In this document: positions 18,898 to 28,113 of the stretch, one piece after another | Position numbering within the stretch: position 1 is the stretch's first letter | Layout: the number at the start of each line of letters is the position of its first letter | The notes under the pieces: model-generated | The model's database searches: none | Seen by the model: only the letters and a program-made list of their open reading frames with translations | Told to the model about the DNA's origin: nothing | DNA from: an uncultured bacterium | GTDB lineage: Bacteria; Babelota; Babeliae; Babelales; Babelaceae | DNA: 64,000 bases | NCBI GenBank assembly: GCA_963848965.1 | Contig: CAWKFG010000001.1 | Location: forward strand, 480,001-544,000 | Reading direction: 5' to 3' | Position numbers and translations under genes: made by a program

Positions 18898-19882
18898 TTT
18901 TATATACGCAGTATTACCACTTTTGCTTTTCGGTACCTTATCATATGGTATGGAACCTGATGTGTCTAATAATCAAAAAAGTTTTCCAGCGGGATTTCCT
19001 ATAGAGCTTAAGCACAACATTTTGAAAGCTCTGCCTGGTAATAGTCATATATTGAATACGCTTGTACGGTATGAAGAAGTAAAAATCACAGAGGAGCTTG
19101 CAGATAAAATAATTACAGCTTTTATATCTCATGCAAGAGATATTGCATCGATTCAGCAGTTTATTCGCTTCTTTACGACTGCTAAGTACAAAAAATTTAG
19201 TGAGGCTCTCGTTAATGCTTTTAAAAGGCTTAAAGCTAAAGGTAATCTTAAAATAGCTGTTTCAGATCCAAATCTTGCTCAATTTACAGCATTACTATCT
19301 ACCTGTGTTTATATCGATTTTAAGTACTTAAGTGAAAAATTAGGTCTAGATATATCGAGAGGAATACCAACTGTTCAACAGCTAAGTCCAGGAAATCAGG
19401 AAAAGCTTGCAAGAAGCATAACTCCTTATTGGTCTAATAAAGGGTTAGATATGTTAATTGCAACTCAAAAACAGTTGACTGAAGCTCTTACTTTGCTTAA
19501 CAGTCGTATTTCTTTGGACCAGACACTAGTAAGGCGTACTACGGTTAAATGGAAAGAAGATGTACGTCGTCATGTTATTGCGGCTAGCATCTGTTTAGCT
19601 CTCTATGCTTTTGAAACATTTCTATTACAGAGCAAGTACACAGGCCTTTCTGAAACTATGTGGTTAGTATTATCAGAAAACTTAGTAATGTTTTTTCGTC
19701 AGGGTACTCGGTTTGTATTTCTATTAAATGTGATTCCTTCTACTCCTGTAGCTTTCGACGCATCTGCTACTTATTATTCAAATGTAGCTGATGTACAACA
19801 AGCAATTGAGCTAGTAGAAAACTCACTTGAAAACTTAAGTAAGTTTATAAAGTTACTAAGTGATATCAAAAAAGTGGAATAA
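18890..19882 (+). CDS. Secreted/membrane hypothetical protein with F-box-like motif
   Basis: Signal ending SYG-MEP; FPIELKHNILKAL; C-terminal hydrophobic segments; overlaps upstream stop. Confidence 0.7.
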   Translation: MNSFIYAVLPLLLFGTLSYGMEPDVSNNQKSFPAGFPIELKHNILKALPGNSHILNTLVRYEEVKITEELADKIITAFISHARDIASIQQFIRFFTTAKYKKFSEALVNAFKRLKAKGNLKIAVSDPNLAQFTALLSTCVYIDFKYLSEKLGLDISRGIPTVQQLSPGNQEKLARSITPYWSNKGLDMLIATQKQLTEALTLLNSRISLDQTLVRRTTVKWKEDVRRHVIAASICLALYAFETFLLQSKYTGLSETMWLVLSENLVMFFRQGTRFVFLLNVIPSTPVAFDASATYYSNVADVQQAIELVENSLENLSKFIKLLSDIKKVE

Positions 19883-19935
19883 GAACAAAGGGTGCTCAGT
19901 TGCAATATTAACTTTGATTAATGTAGTATTTGGAA

Positions 19936-19958
19936 AAAGAGGACCATAGGTCCTCTTT
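19936..19958. terminator. Bidirectional terminator
   Basis: AAAGAGGACC-ATA-GGTCCTCTTT. Confidence 0.7.
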
Positions 19959-19976
19959 CTGTATAGAGTAGTTTTT

Positions 19977-20405
19977 TTATGCAGGAACTTGTGTAACGTT
20001 TCCGGCAGAGTCAATAACAACGTTTATATTTGTACTTGCTGAAATTGGTCCACTGGTACTGTTAGTTAAAAAGCTTGAACGACCATCGTTAGTCAGTACA
20101 CTTGTTCTTACACCAGCTGATGTTGCAACGTCAATAGTTACTCCGGGACGTTCGTCTGAGTAACTAGGATTGATGGTTTGGAAATCTTCAGCTGGAGTTA
20201 CAGTTGTTTGTGGAGGAACAACAAACCATCCATGAATTCCTAATACAGAGTTTGTAAAAAATTTATTTACTTTAGATGCTGTGGTAGAAAATTTTGCATG
20301 ATAAGGGCTGTTGTTAATAATGTTTTTAATATGATTAGCTGCAGCTTCAACTTGACTAATCGCAAACAAAGATGCAATTGCTAGGAAAATGGTATATTTT
20401 TTCAT
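19977..20405 (-). CDS. Small secreted beta-rich hypothetical protein
   Basis: RBS AAGGAG, signal peptide ending VEA, Ser/Thr/Asn-rich. Confidence 0.75.
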   Translation of the reverse strand: MKKYTIFLAIASLFAISQVEAAANHIKNIINNSPYHAKFSTTASKVNKFFTNSVLGIHGWFVVPPQTTVTPAEDFQTINPSYSDERPGVTIDVATSAGVRTSVLTNDGRSSFLTNSTSGPISASTNINVVIDSAGNVTQVPA

Positions 20406-20680
20406 GAAGTACTCCTTAATAGTTAGTATTATTCTTGTTTCTACATGAAATTATAACAGTATGCCGCTCTTTTTTTCAATAATAATTATATTAAAAATCT
20501 GTGGTCTAAAAGAATTATTAAAAAAGTTATAGCCTATAAAAAAGGTTAAGTAGGAGCTCTAAAAAATTATTCTTCCGTTTATAAGCAGGGAAAAAGTTGC
20601 AGGTAATTCTACAAGAATGCTTGAAGAATGAGTTCCTTTTGGTATATGCTGGCGATAATTTTACTAAGAGGGAGTAGTAT

Positions 20681-21616
20681 ATGTTTGAAGTTACTGTCAA
20701 TGAAAATGCATTACGAGACGTACGCACGTTAGAAGGATATATTCCTCTTTTCTTAAAATCACTTGATATACGCCAATCGTCGAAAAATACTTATGAACGG
20801 CAATTACAGGAGTTCTTTTTGTGGCTTAACCAGCAGCAGGTTTCATTTCCTGCTCGAGAAGATCTTCTTTCGTATAAAGAATACTTGAAAAATGAAAAAG
20901 AGCTGGCAGCATTTACTGTAAGTGGCTATTTGACGGCAGTACGAAGACTTTTTGAGTGGCTTGAAGCTACAAAGGTATATCCTAACATTGCCAAAGGTAT
21001 TAAGGGTCTCAAGCGTAGACGAGGATTCAAAAAAGATGCTCTTACGGTAGACCAAGTGAAACATCTCTTGCGTTCTATTGATCAAAGTACATTATCGGGC
21101 AAACGTGACTATGCAATACTCAATCTTATGATTAGAACTGGGTTGCGTACTATAGAAGTAGTGCGTGCAAATAGAGAAGATATTAGTCGTCAAGGTGGAG
21201 AAACAGTGCTTTTTATTCATGGCAAAGGGCGTGATGGTAAAGATGAGATAGTAGTACTTACAGAAAATACCTTACAGCCTATTAAAGCTTATATGCAAGC
21301 ACGAGGCAGAGTACGAGATGAAGATCCTCTTTTTGCTTCACATAGTACGAAAAACAAGGGAAAACGATTAACAACACGTTCTGTATCCCGTATTGTAAAG
21401 AATAGGTTAAGAGATATAGATCTTGATGATGGGCGACTAACAGCACATAGCTTGCGCCATACTGCAATAACGTTGAGCCTTCTTGCAGGAGCAACGCCAC
21501 AAGAAGCACGTGCAATGGCGCGCCACTCAGATATTAATACAACACTCGTGTATGCCCATAATATTAATCGAATTAAACAAGCTCCTGAGCGTAAAATAGA
21601 TTCATTCTTAGAGTAG
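20681..21616 (+). CDS. Tyrosine recombinase/integrase
   Basis: RDYAILNLMIRTGLR, GKG, HSLRH, RHSDINTTLVY; SAM-like N-terminal domain. Confidence 0.92.
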   Translation: MFEVTVNENALRDVRTLEGYIPLFLKSLDIRQSSKNTYERQLQEFFLWLNQQQVSFPAREDLLSYKEYLKNEKELAAFTVSGYLTAVRRLFEWLEATKVYPNIAKGIKGLKRRRGFKKDALTVDQVKHLLRSIDQSTLSGKRDYAILNLMIRTGLRTIEVVRANREDISRQGGETVLFIHGKGRDGKDEIVVLTENTLQPIKAYMQARGRVRDEDPLFASHSTKNKGKRLTTRSVSRIVKNRLRDIDLDDGRLTAHSLRHTAITLSLLAGATPQEARAMARHSDINTTLVYAHNINRIKQAPERKIDSFLE

Positions 21617-21645
21617 AAAACGTAGATAGGTAAGGTATAGTTCAC

Positions 21646-21673
21646 TTGCTAATTTTTCAAAAAAGCGTATAAT
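21646..21673 (+). promoter_or_regulatory. Sigma70-like promoter of the RecT/Bet gene
   Basis: TTGCTA-16 nt-TATAAT. Confidence 0.5.
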
Positions 21674-21741
21674 AAATAAGGGGACATATCTCATCTTATC
21701 TAGAAAATAATATAATCTAATTTTTGTAGAAAGGCACTCTT

Positions 21742-22515
21742 ATGGCTACTGTTTCAAAAAGCAAACAGAGTAGTACTCTTGTGCAATGGGACGATATAAA
21801 CTTCTTAAGAAACACTGTTGCACAAGGAGCAACTGATGAAGAGCTTAAAATGCTCTTATATCTCTCTAAAGAATATGGTTTAGATCCTCTTAAAAAAGAG
21901 ATTTACTTTATTAAGTATGGCGGAAAATCAACTATTATTACCAGTAGAGATGGGTACCTCAAGATAGCTAATAGCAATCAAAACTTTGATGGTCTTGAAA
22001 GTGATGTAGTTTATCAAGGAGATAAGCTCTCTAAGCGTGAAGATGGAAGTATTCATATTGAATATTCAGAAGCACATCTTGCATTTGATAAATCAAAGTT
22101 AACTGGAGCATTTTGTAGTGTTTTTAGAAAAGATCGTGCTAAAGCAACGACGGTTTTTGTAAGTATCAAAGATTATTACAAAAAAAGTGCCCCTATTTGG
22201 GAGCAATATATTAATGCTATGATTCTTAAAGTAGCTGAAGCTATGGCACTCAAGCGTGCATTTGCTATTAGTGGATTAGTAACACGAGAAGAAATTGAAA
22301 AAGAAGGCTTTGAATTGGATGTAGAGGTTGATACTCTTGAAGAAAAGATGGCAACAGAAGCCCAACGCAAAGCAGTATTTAGTAGTGCTCACAGTAAGAA
22401 CGTCTCTGAAGATGCTCTTAAGCAGTTGTTGCTTAAGAATTTTAATAAAAGTACTACAAAAGAGCTTACGCAAGAAGAAGCTTCCCACCTTATTGCAATT
22501 CTTAATTCACTATAA
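21742..22515 (+). CDS. RecT/Redbeta (Bet) family single-strand annealing protein
   Basis: GATDEEL, YGLDPLKKEIYFIKY, SRDGYLKIA, MILKVAEAMALKRAF; short helical C-terminal domain. Confidence 0.88.
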   Translation: MATVSKSKQSSTLVQWDDINFLRNTVAQGATDEELKMLLYLSKEYGLDPLKKEIYFIKYGGKSTIITSRDGYLKIANSNQNFDGLESDVVYQGDKLSKREDGSIHIEYSEAHLAFDKSKLTGAFCSVFRKDRAKATTVFVSIKDYYKKSAPIWEQYINAMILKVAEAMALKRAFAISGLVTREEIEKEGFELDVEVDTLEEKMATEAQRKAVFSSAHSKNVSEDALKQLLLKNFNKSTTKELTQEEASHLIAILNSL

Positions 22516-22522
22516 GTATCTG

Positions 22523-22548
22523 AGTCCCTCAATATGAGGGACTTTCTT
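22523..22548 (+). terminator. Intrinsic terminator
   Basis: AGTCCCTCA-ATA-TGAGGGACT then TTCTT. Confidence 0.75.
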
Positions 22549-22603
22549 ATTTCTCTTGCTATTGTTGCCCAAATATTTTTATTTTAAAAGTAAGGGGGGA
22601 ACT

Positions 22604-23143
22604 ATGACAGAGTATGTAAGAGAGCTTTTTTTATCACTTTTAAAACCAACAACCGAGAGTTTGAGTATTGCACAAATGAGCTTGCGAGCAGCACTCATTT
22701 ATCTGCTTACACTCATTTTTATTCGCCTTGGCAAAAGGCGCTTTTTAGCTCGTCCTACCCCTTTTGATGTTATACTATGGCTTGTATTTGGCTCTGTTAT
22801 AAGTAGGTCTATCAATGGTAATGCTCCTTTACTCCCTACGATAGGAGCTGCTGCAATTCTTATTATATTGCATTTTATCTTTTCTATTCTTTCTTATTAT
22901 TCAAGCCGTATTGGGGCACTTGTCAAGGGGACTCCTGTAGTCCTTATTAGAGAAGGCGAAATACAATGGACTGCTATGAAAAAGCATGGTATTACAGAGC
23001 ACGATCTTTTGAGTGCTTTAAGACGTAATGCACAAATACTGAATCCTCGAGAGGTAGAGCTTGCTATGCTTGAGCGCAGCGGAGAAATAAGTGTTATCCC
23101 TTTCAAGAATACTAATTCGTGCGTTCATGTATGTAAAGATTAG
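22604..23143 (+). CDS. DUF421/YetF family membrane protein
   Basis: RLGKRR..TPFD, 3 TMs, GTPVVLIREGEI, LERSGEISVIP. Confidence 0.85.
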   Translation: MTEYVRELFLSLLKPTTESLSIAQMSLRAALIYLLTLIFIRLGKRRFLARPTPFDVILWLVFGSVISRSINGNAPLLPTIGAAAILIILHFIFSILSYYSSRIGALVKGTPVVLIREGEIQWTAMKKHGITEHDLLSALRRNAQILNPREVELAMLERSGEISVIPFKNTNSCVHVCKD

Positions 23144-24444
23144 CTTTGTGCTTCATAACAAAGCATGACAGGAAGTTGTTCCTTATCTGTCCCATAGCCT
23201 CTTTTTGCAATTGCTTTTATCTCTTCAATTGGTATGGGTTTTATCTGGGTATCGTTGCAGAAATACCATTGATTATTATGAAGGACATAAGAAGTATAGT
23301 GACCTCCTTCTGCGCTTCCTGAGTGAATAAGAATTGCTTTAAGCCTATAGAGGGGAAAATGCATACTTTTATCACTGTATTTAGCGAGATCTAAATCTTG
23401 CCAAGGAAATGAAATAGGCCTTAAAATTCGTTTATAACTTTTAGAAGTAAGATCGTATACTTTTCTTTTAAGTCCAATAAAAAAATAATGCCCGGTTTTA
23501 TGCAATACTGTAACGCGAGGCTGTGTTTCAGATTCATATTCTACTTCTTCGAGTTCAAAGAAAGTATCAAGACAATCAGTTAGATGGTTGCAGTCTTGTA
23601 TGGTAAGACTAAGCATCAGGTGTTCTTCTGGTTGAAACTTGTGTCCTATACGTTGAGGATGAAGCTCAATAGAGAATAACGACTTTACTTCTAGATGTTC
23701 TTTGTCTTTTGTTTTTTCTCGGTTGATATCTTCAGTAATAATACAATCGAGAAGCATTTGAATAAATTCAACAGCATCTTGTTGTGAACCTGAAGGCCGT
23801 TGTAAATTTTTCCATCCTATAAGGCACAGCGGTAACAGGTCTACATAAGGTTCTGATGATCGTGTAATAAGACGAATAAACTGTATATAAAGATCTGCGA
23901 TACTTAACGGTTTGTAATAATTAGTATCCTCTTTTTTTAAAAGAGCCTCGTTAAAGTGTGATAATACATACATACTTTGTAATGCTGCATTCATAAAACA
24001 GCGATTGCCGGACTCTTTTGAACTAGGATTCAAAAAACCGCGTAGGGCTGCTGGACGTGCTATTTTTCCCACGCGTTCAATGTCCTTTAGCAGTTCTTCT
24101 AGCATCATGTTTCCAAATTGCTCAAGAGAAAGTTCTCCATACAGAGGGCTAATAATCTTTTCTTTTTTATATTCTTTATCTCGAGTAAATGCTTTAATGT
24201 ACTCAAGTTGTTGTAGTATTTGTTTGAGATCCTCTGAGTTTTTGGAGGAAGCTAAAAGGTCTTGGATACCCATAAGGAATCCTCGAGTGAGAGTTATGCC
24301 TTCAGTTTTTTGAGGTAAATTATGTATAAGATTTTCTATATGGGATCTAAGCTCTTGGTATGGTTCTACATTCATACTATAGAGAGGTATATATCCCAGA
24401 AAGACTGTTACGAGAAAGGATTTTAGCAAAGTTGTTATGTTCAT
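23140..24444 (-). CDS. Eukaryote-like ubiquitin-specific protease (USP/peptidase C19) with signal peptide
   Basis: Cys box GFLN..GNRCFMNAALQ, QQDAVEF, LKR, His box LIHSGSAEGGHYTSY, WYFCND. Confidence 0.9.
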   Translation of the reverse strand: MNITTLLKSFLVTVFLGYIPLYSMNVEPYQELRSHIENLIHNLPQKTEGITLTRGFLMGIQDLLASSKNSEDLKQILQQLEYIKAFTRDKEYKKEKIISPLYGELSLEQFGNMMLEELLKDIERVGKIARPAALRGFLNPSSKESGNRCFMNAALQSMYVLSHFNEALLKKEDTNYYKPLSIADLYIQFIRLITRSSEPYVDLLPLCLIGWKNLQRPSGSQQDAVEFIQMLLDCIITEDINREKTKDKEHLEVKSLFSIELHPQRIGHKFQPEEHLMLSLTIQDCNHLTDCLDTFFELEEVEYESETQPRVTVLHKTGHYFFIGLKRKVYDLTSKSYKRILRPISFPWQDLDLAKYSDKSMHFPLYRLKAILIHSGSAEGGHYTSYVLHNNQWYFCNDTQIKPIPIEEIKAIAKRGYGTDKEQLPVMLCYEAQS

Positions 24445-24536
24445 ATATTTTCTCCCCACCATCTGTTAACTTTTTTGTTTATTTGTAATTATAATATAAA
24501 ATGGAATGAATAGCAAGGCAAGTAAAGGATTGTAAA

Positions 24537-24812
24537 ATGGTAAAAAATAAGAAAAGCTGGGTACAACATATTCAAGAAACTTCGAATGCTATGGATATTC
24601 CGGTAGGGCTCTTTACTCGTTCAGCAAAAGATGTTGCTTTAGGATTACAAAGAGCAGTACTCGAAAGTAATCGTACAAAGGGAACAAAGTTTCAATCGGC
24701 TATGTCTATGCTTAATTTTTATATTAACAGAGCAGGAAGAAGTTTACCTGATAAAGTTAAAAAACAACTTGAACAGGCTAAAAAGGAGCTCAGAAAGCTC
24801 TTTGGCAAATGA
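24537..24812 (+). CDS. DUF3175 family protein
   Basis: SNAMD, FQSAMSMLNFYINRAG, LEQAKKELRKLFG. Confidence 0.8.
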   Translation: MVKNKKSWVQHIQETSNAMDIPVGLFTRSAKDVALGLQRAVLESNRTKGTKFQSAMSMLNFYINRAGRSLPDKVKKQLEQAKKELRKLFGK

Positions 24813-24951
24813 GAGCTAGGGCATCTCTCGTGGCATAATTATTTGGTGAAGTTAAAATTTAATAGAAATCATTGATTTTATAACGTGTTTTACAATAAAA
24901 TTTCTATAATGAATAATCTAATTGATATAACATTATATTTAAGGAGATGCT

Positions 24952-25570
24952 ATGAAATTAAGAAATCTTATTGTACTAGCGATCGTCCTTCTCGGAGGAG
25001 CTTTAGAATTAGAAGCTCGTAACGGTAGAGGCGGACGTGGCGGTGGAGGTCGTGGTTTCCATGGAGGTGGACGCGGTTTCAGGTGGCGGAGGACGTTTCC
25101 ATGGCGGAGGACGTTTCCATGGTGGAGGACGCTTCCATGGGAGAGGTTTCCACGGTGGACGCTGGGGCGGCAGATGGGGTCATGGACGCTGGGGCGGTCG
25201 AGGCGGACGCTGGGGTGGCTTTTATCCAGGCTACTACAGCAGCTACTATCCAAGCTATTATACTGCCGATTATTATCCAACTACAACATATGTAGCAGAA
25301 GATTATTATCCATCAGATGAATACTATACAACTTCTTATGCATATCCATCTTATTATAGTTCATATTACTATCCATCATACGGCTACTATCCAGGATACT
25401 ATGGAAGCTGGGGCCGTTGGGGTGGCAGATGGGGTGGCGGACGCTGGGGCCACGGTAGATGGGGTCATGGACGCTGGGGCGGTCGAGGCGGACGCTGGGG
25501 TGGCAGAGGACACTTCGGTGGTCGCGGTGGATTCCGTGGTGGATTCCGCGGTGGTCGTGGCAGACGATAA
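24952..25570 (+). CDS. Secreted Gly/Arg/Trp- and Tyr/Ser-rich low-complexity protein, +1 frameshift near 25081
   Basis: RBS AGGAG, signal peptide, RGG start in ORF 24952; GGGRFH and GRWGG repeats and YYPSYY core continue in the ORF ending 25570. Confidence 0.8.
25172..25504. repeat. Exact 48-bp direct repeat (25172-25219 and 25457-25504)
   Basis: AGATGGGGTCATGGACGCTGGGGCGGTCGAGGCGGACGCTGGGGTGGC occurs twice, flanking the Tyr-rich core. Confidence 0.85.
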
Positions 25571-25582
25571 CAACAAATAAAG

Positions 25583-25606
25583 TAAGAGCCTCATGCGAGG
25601 CTCTTA
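25583..25606. terminator. Terminator hairpin
   Basis: TAAGAGCCTC-ATGC-GAGGCTCTTA. Confidence 0.75.
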
Positions 25607-25645
25607 TTAGTTTTTGACAGTACTGCTGATTAGGTCAGTGGTACT

Positions 25646-25963
25646 TTACTTTTTTAAAGACTGTGTAACAAATTGAAAATAGGGCTCGTAAGCTTGTGTG
25701 CTGAAAGCAGTAATACACGGTACTGTATATGGATGCAAATTTTTTACCTCTGCCTGTACTTGTTTATACAACAATGGTGTAGTTTTTACGAGGAAAGCTG
25801 TTTCTGTAGCTGATTCGATTTTGTTTTCCCACCAATAAAGACTTTTATGAGAAGCAAAAATATTGGCACATGCGATGAGATTCTTTTCAAGAAGGTGCTG
25901 TGCTAGAGAACGTGCATTCTCTTCTGAAGACGTTGTAATATACACAAAGAGTATCTCATTCAT
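25646..25963 (-). CDS. cutA: Divalent-cation tolerance protein CutA
   Basis: LIACANI, SLYWWENKIE, LHPYTVPCI. Confidence 0.92.
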   Translation of the reverse strand: MNEILFVYITTSSEENARSLAQHLLEKNLIACANIFASHKSLYWWENKIESATETAFLVKTTPLLYKQVQAEVKNLHPYTVPCITAFSTQAYEPYFQFVTQSLKK

Positions 25964-27300
25964 GAATGGTCCCTTTCAAATTCTTTAACGAGTGAAACAA
26001 ATCTTTCTCCTCGCTCTTCATAATGTGCAAAGAGGTCATAACTTGCTCCCGAAGGAGAAAAAAGTACAATATCATCTTTTTGTGCTTGTTGTATACATGC
26101 TTTAAATGACTCTTCAAGTGTTACATGCTTATAGGCAGGTATTTCTTGTGTAGCACATTCATTATACAGAGCCTGTGCTTCTGCGCCAAAACAGAATATA
26201 CGGACTACTTTGTTCTTAAGAGAAGTAATAAGACTTTTTCTATCAACGCCCTTGCTGATACCTCCTAAAAAGAGATTAATCGGTTTTCCTTGGCACTGCT
26301 GTACGGCTGCTTGTGTTGCTTGGGCAATTGTTGCTTTAGAATCGTTATAAAAAGTTATTCCTTTTATAGTTCCTAAGCAATGTAATCTATGCTGAGGAAG
26401 TGATAAAGCAGAAAAATAAGAGCATAGTTCTAGAGGTATGCCAAGTATATCGAGTGCAGCGCATATAATGAGCCAATTAACTGGATAAGAAAGAGCAGGA
26501 AGTTGGGTTGTAGCTATAAGATTGCTGGTTATACCATTTTTATAGACAGCAATATAACTGTCTTGAAAGAAATAAACAGGACTTGCTGTTTGTAAAAGTG
26601 GTCTTACTTCAGCAAAAAAGTACACCTGAGCCTTGTAATTCTTGTAAGATTCTATGTTTTCTTTCAGTTGCCAGGGTATTAATGCTTTTTGGTGGGTCTT
26701 CTGATGTTTAAGAAGATTGTATTTTGCTTTAAAATATTCTTCTAACGAGCCATGTCTATCAAGATGGTTAGGATAAAAGTTTGTCCAAATAGCAAGATCT
26801 GGAGCAAATGTTTTACATTTTTCTAATTGGAAGCTTGAGAGCTCTAAGAGAGCGCCCTGTACTATCTCTTGCGTAGGTAAAAGGTCGAGCATGCCAGTGC
26901 CTATATTGCCTCCAGTACTATATGCAAGGCCGAGAGATTCAAAAATTTTTGAAAGAAGATGAACAACAGATGTTTTTCCTATAGTTCCCGTAACTGCTAT
27001 AATTGGTTTTTTCCAATATTCATAGAAAATATCGAGCTCTGGTAGCCATTTATGTTCATATGCGTAGTAGTTTGTAAGATTGATACCAGGGCTTGGGACG
27101 ATACGCTCATTTCTTTCAAGAAAAGAAGAAAGTTCTTGTGGTGGGACAAAAGAAGCTTCATGATTTTCAAGAAAGAGAAGTTCTTCTTGTGTAGGCATCC
27201 GTTTATCAGTAACTTCAATCATATGTCCATAGTGGTGAAAGTGCCGAATAGCTGCTTTACCTACTACGCCGAGTCCCCAAACGCCAATTTTTTGTTTCAT
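25960..27300 (-). CDS. murD: UDP-N-acetylmuramoyl-L-alanine--D-glutamate ligase
   Basis: SPGI, AVTGTIGKT, GGNIG, ELSSFQL, NHLDRH, YNDSKAT, FSPSGASYDLF. Confidence 0.95.
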   Translation of the reverse strand: MKQKIGVWGLGVVGKAAIRHFHHYGHMIEVTDKRMPTQEELLFLENHEASFVPPQELSSFLERNERIVPSPGINLTNYYAYEHKWLPELDIFYEYWKKPIIAVTGTIGKTSVVHLLSKIFESLGLAYSTGGNIGTGMLDLLPTQEIVQGALLELSSFQLEKCKTFAPDLAIWTNFYPNHLDRHGSLEEYFKAKYNLLKHQKTHQKALIPWQLKENIESYKNYKAQVYFFAEVRPLLQTASPVYFFQDSYIAVYKNGITSNLIATTQLPALSYPVNWLIICAALDILGIPLELCSYFSALSLPQHRLHCLGTIKGITFYNDSKATIAQATQAAVQQCQGKPINLFLGGISKGVDRKSLITSLKNKVVRIFCFGAEAQALYNECATQEIPAYKHVTLEESFKACIQQAQKDDIVLFSPSGASYDLFAHYEERGERFVSLVKEFERDHS

Positions 27301-27563
27301 GTGATTTTTGATGCTAAAGTGAATCTAATCTGTATAAAGAAATCTTATAAGTATTTACCTATTTTAGAACAAGCCCTACAAATAGATGAAAACTTACAGC
27401 TCTTGTATCAGAATAGGCAAAATAAGGATTTTGTGCAAGAGGTATACTGCTTCTTCTCCTTATCAGAGAGATAAAATAAAAAGACAAAAACAACGCTTGC
27501 TATTTTTGTTCTTTTTGATGTACCTTCTTCAAGAATTGAGTATATCAAAAAGGAGTAGTGCAT

Positions 27564-28103
27564 ATGAGCATAAGGAATTATATAGGAGTGGTTATGTGTA
27601 GTGCCTCAGTGCTAGCGGGTGAAAGTGAGTTAAAAATTACTTCTTCTTCATTTAATCATGGCAGTTCTATTCCAATGACATTTTCATGTGAAGGAGCTAA
27701 TAAGCCTCCAGCGCTTTCGTGGACAGGAGTGCCCAAAGAGGCTAAGTCTCTTGTGCTTATTGTTGATGATCCTGATGCACCTCATCAACCACAACCATGG
27801 GTCCATTGGGTTGTATTTAATATACCTCCGTCAGTAAAAGGTTTTAGAGCTCCTTTAGATGATAGAGAAAAGCTTGCAGATGGTACCATGCAAGGGAAAA
27901 ACACTTCAAATAAGATTGGCTATGATGGACCATGTCCGCCACATGGCAACCCGCCTCATCGCTATTTTTTTAAGCTTTATGCGTTAGGTATAATGTTGCC
28001 TTTAAAGCCAGGAGCCACAAAAGAGGAAGTAGTAAAGGCAATGCAGGGCCATATTCTTGCTCAAGCAGAGCTTATGGGTACCTATCAACGTAGTAAGAAA
28101 TAA
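27564..28103 (+). CDS. YbhB/YbcL (PEBP, Raf kinase inhibitor-like) protein
   Basis: DDPDAP, WVHWVVFNIP, YDGPCPP, HRYFFKLYAL. Confidence 0.92.
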   Translation: MSIRNYIGVVMCSASVLAGESELKITSSSFNHGSSIPMTFSCEGANKPPALSWTGVPKEAKSLVLIVDDPDAPHQPQPWVHWVVFNIPPSVKGFRAPLDDREKLADGTMQGKNTSNKIGYDGPCPPHGNPPHRYFFKLYALGIMLPLKPGATKEEVVKAMQGHILAQAELMGTYQRSKK

Positions 28104-28113
28104 TTACGATAGC

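Noticed and set aside
24900..24945. dif-like site near ATTGATATAACATTATATTTAA
   Set aside because: Spacer between the arms is too short and the XerD arm does not match; better explained as AT-rich promoter DNA
24939..25594. Overlapping alternative ORFs (24939-25280 minus, 25083-25295, 25317-25580, 25376-25594)
   Set aside because: Shadow frames of the GC-rich Gly-repeat gene; no RBS or independent coding signal
20681..25645. Integron or prophage interpretation of the integrase region
   Set aside because: No IntI-specific insertion evident, hairpins look like ordinary terminators rather than attC, genes are on both strands, and no phage structural genes
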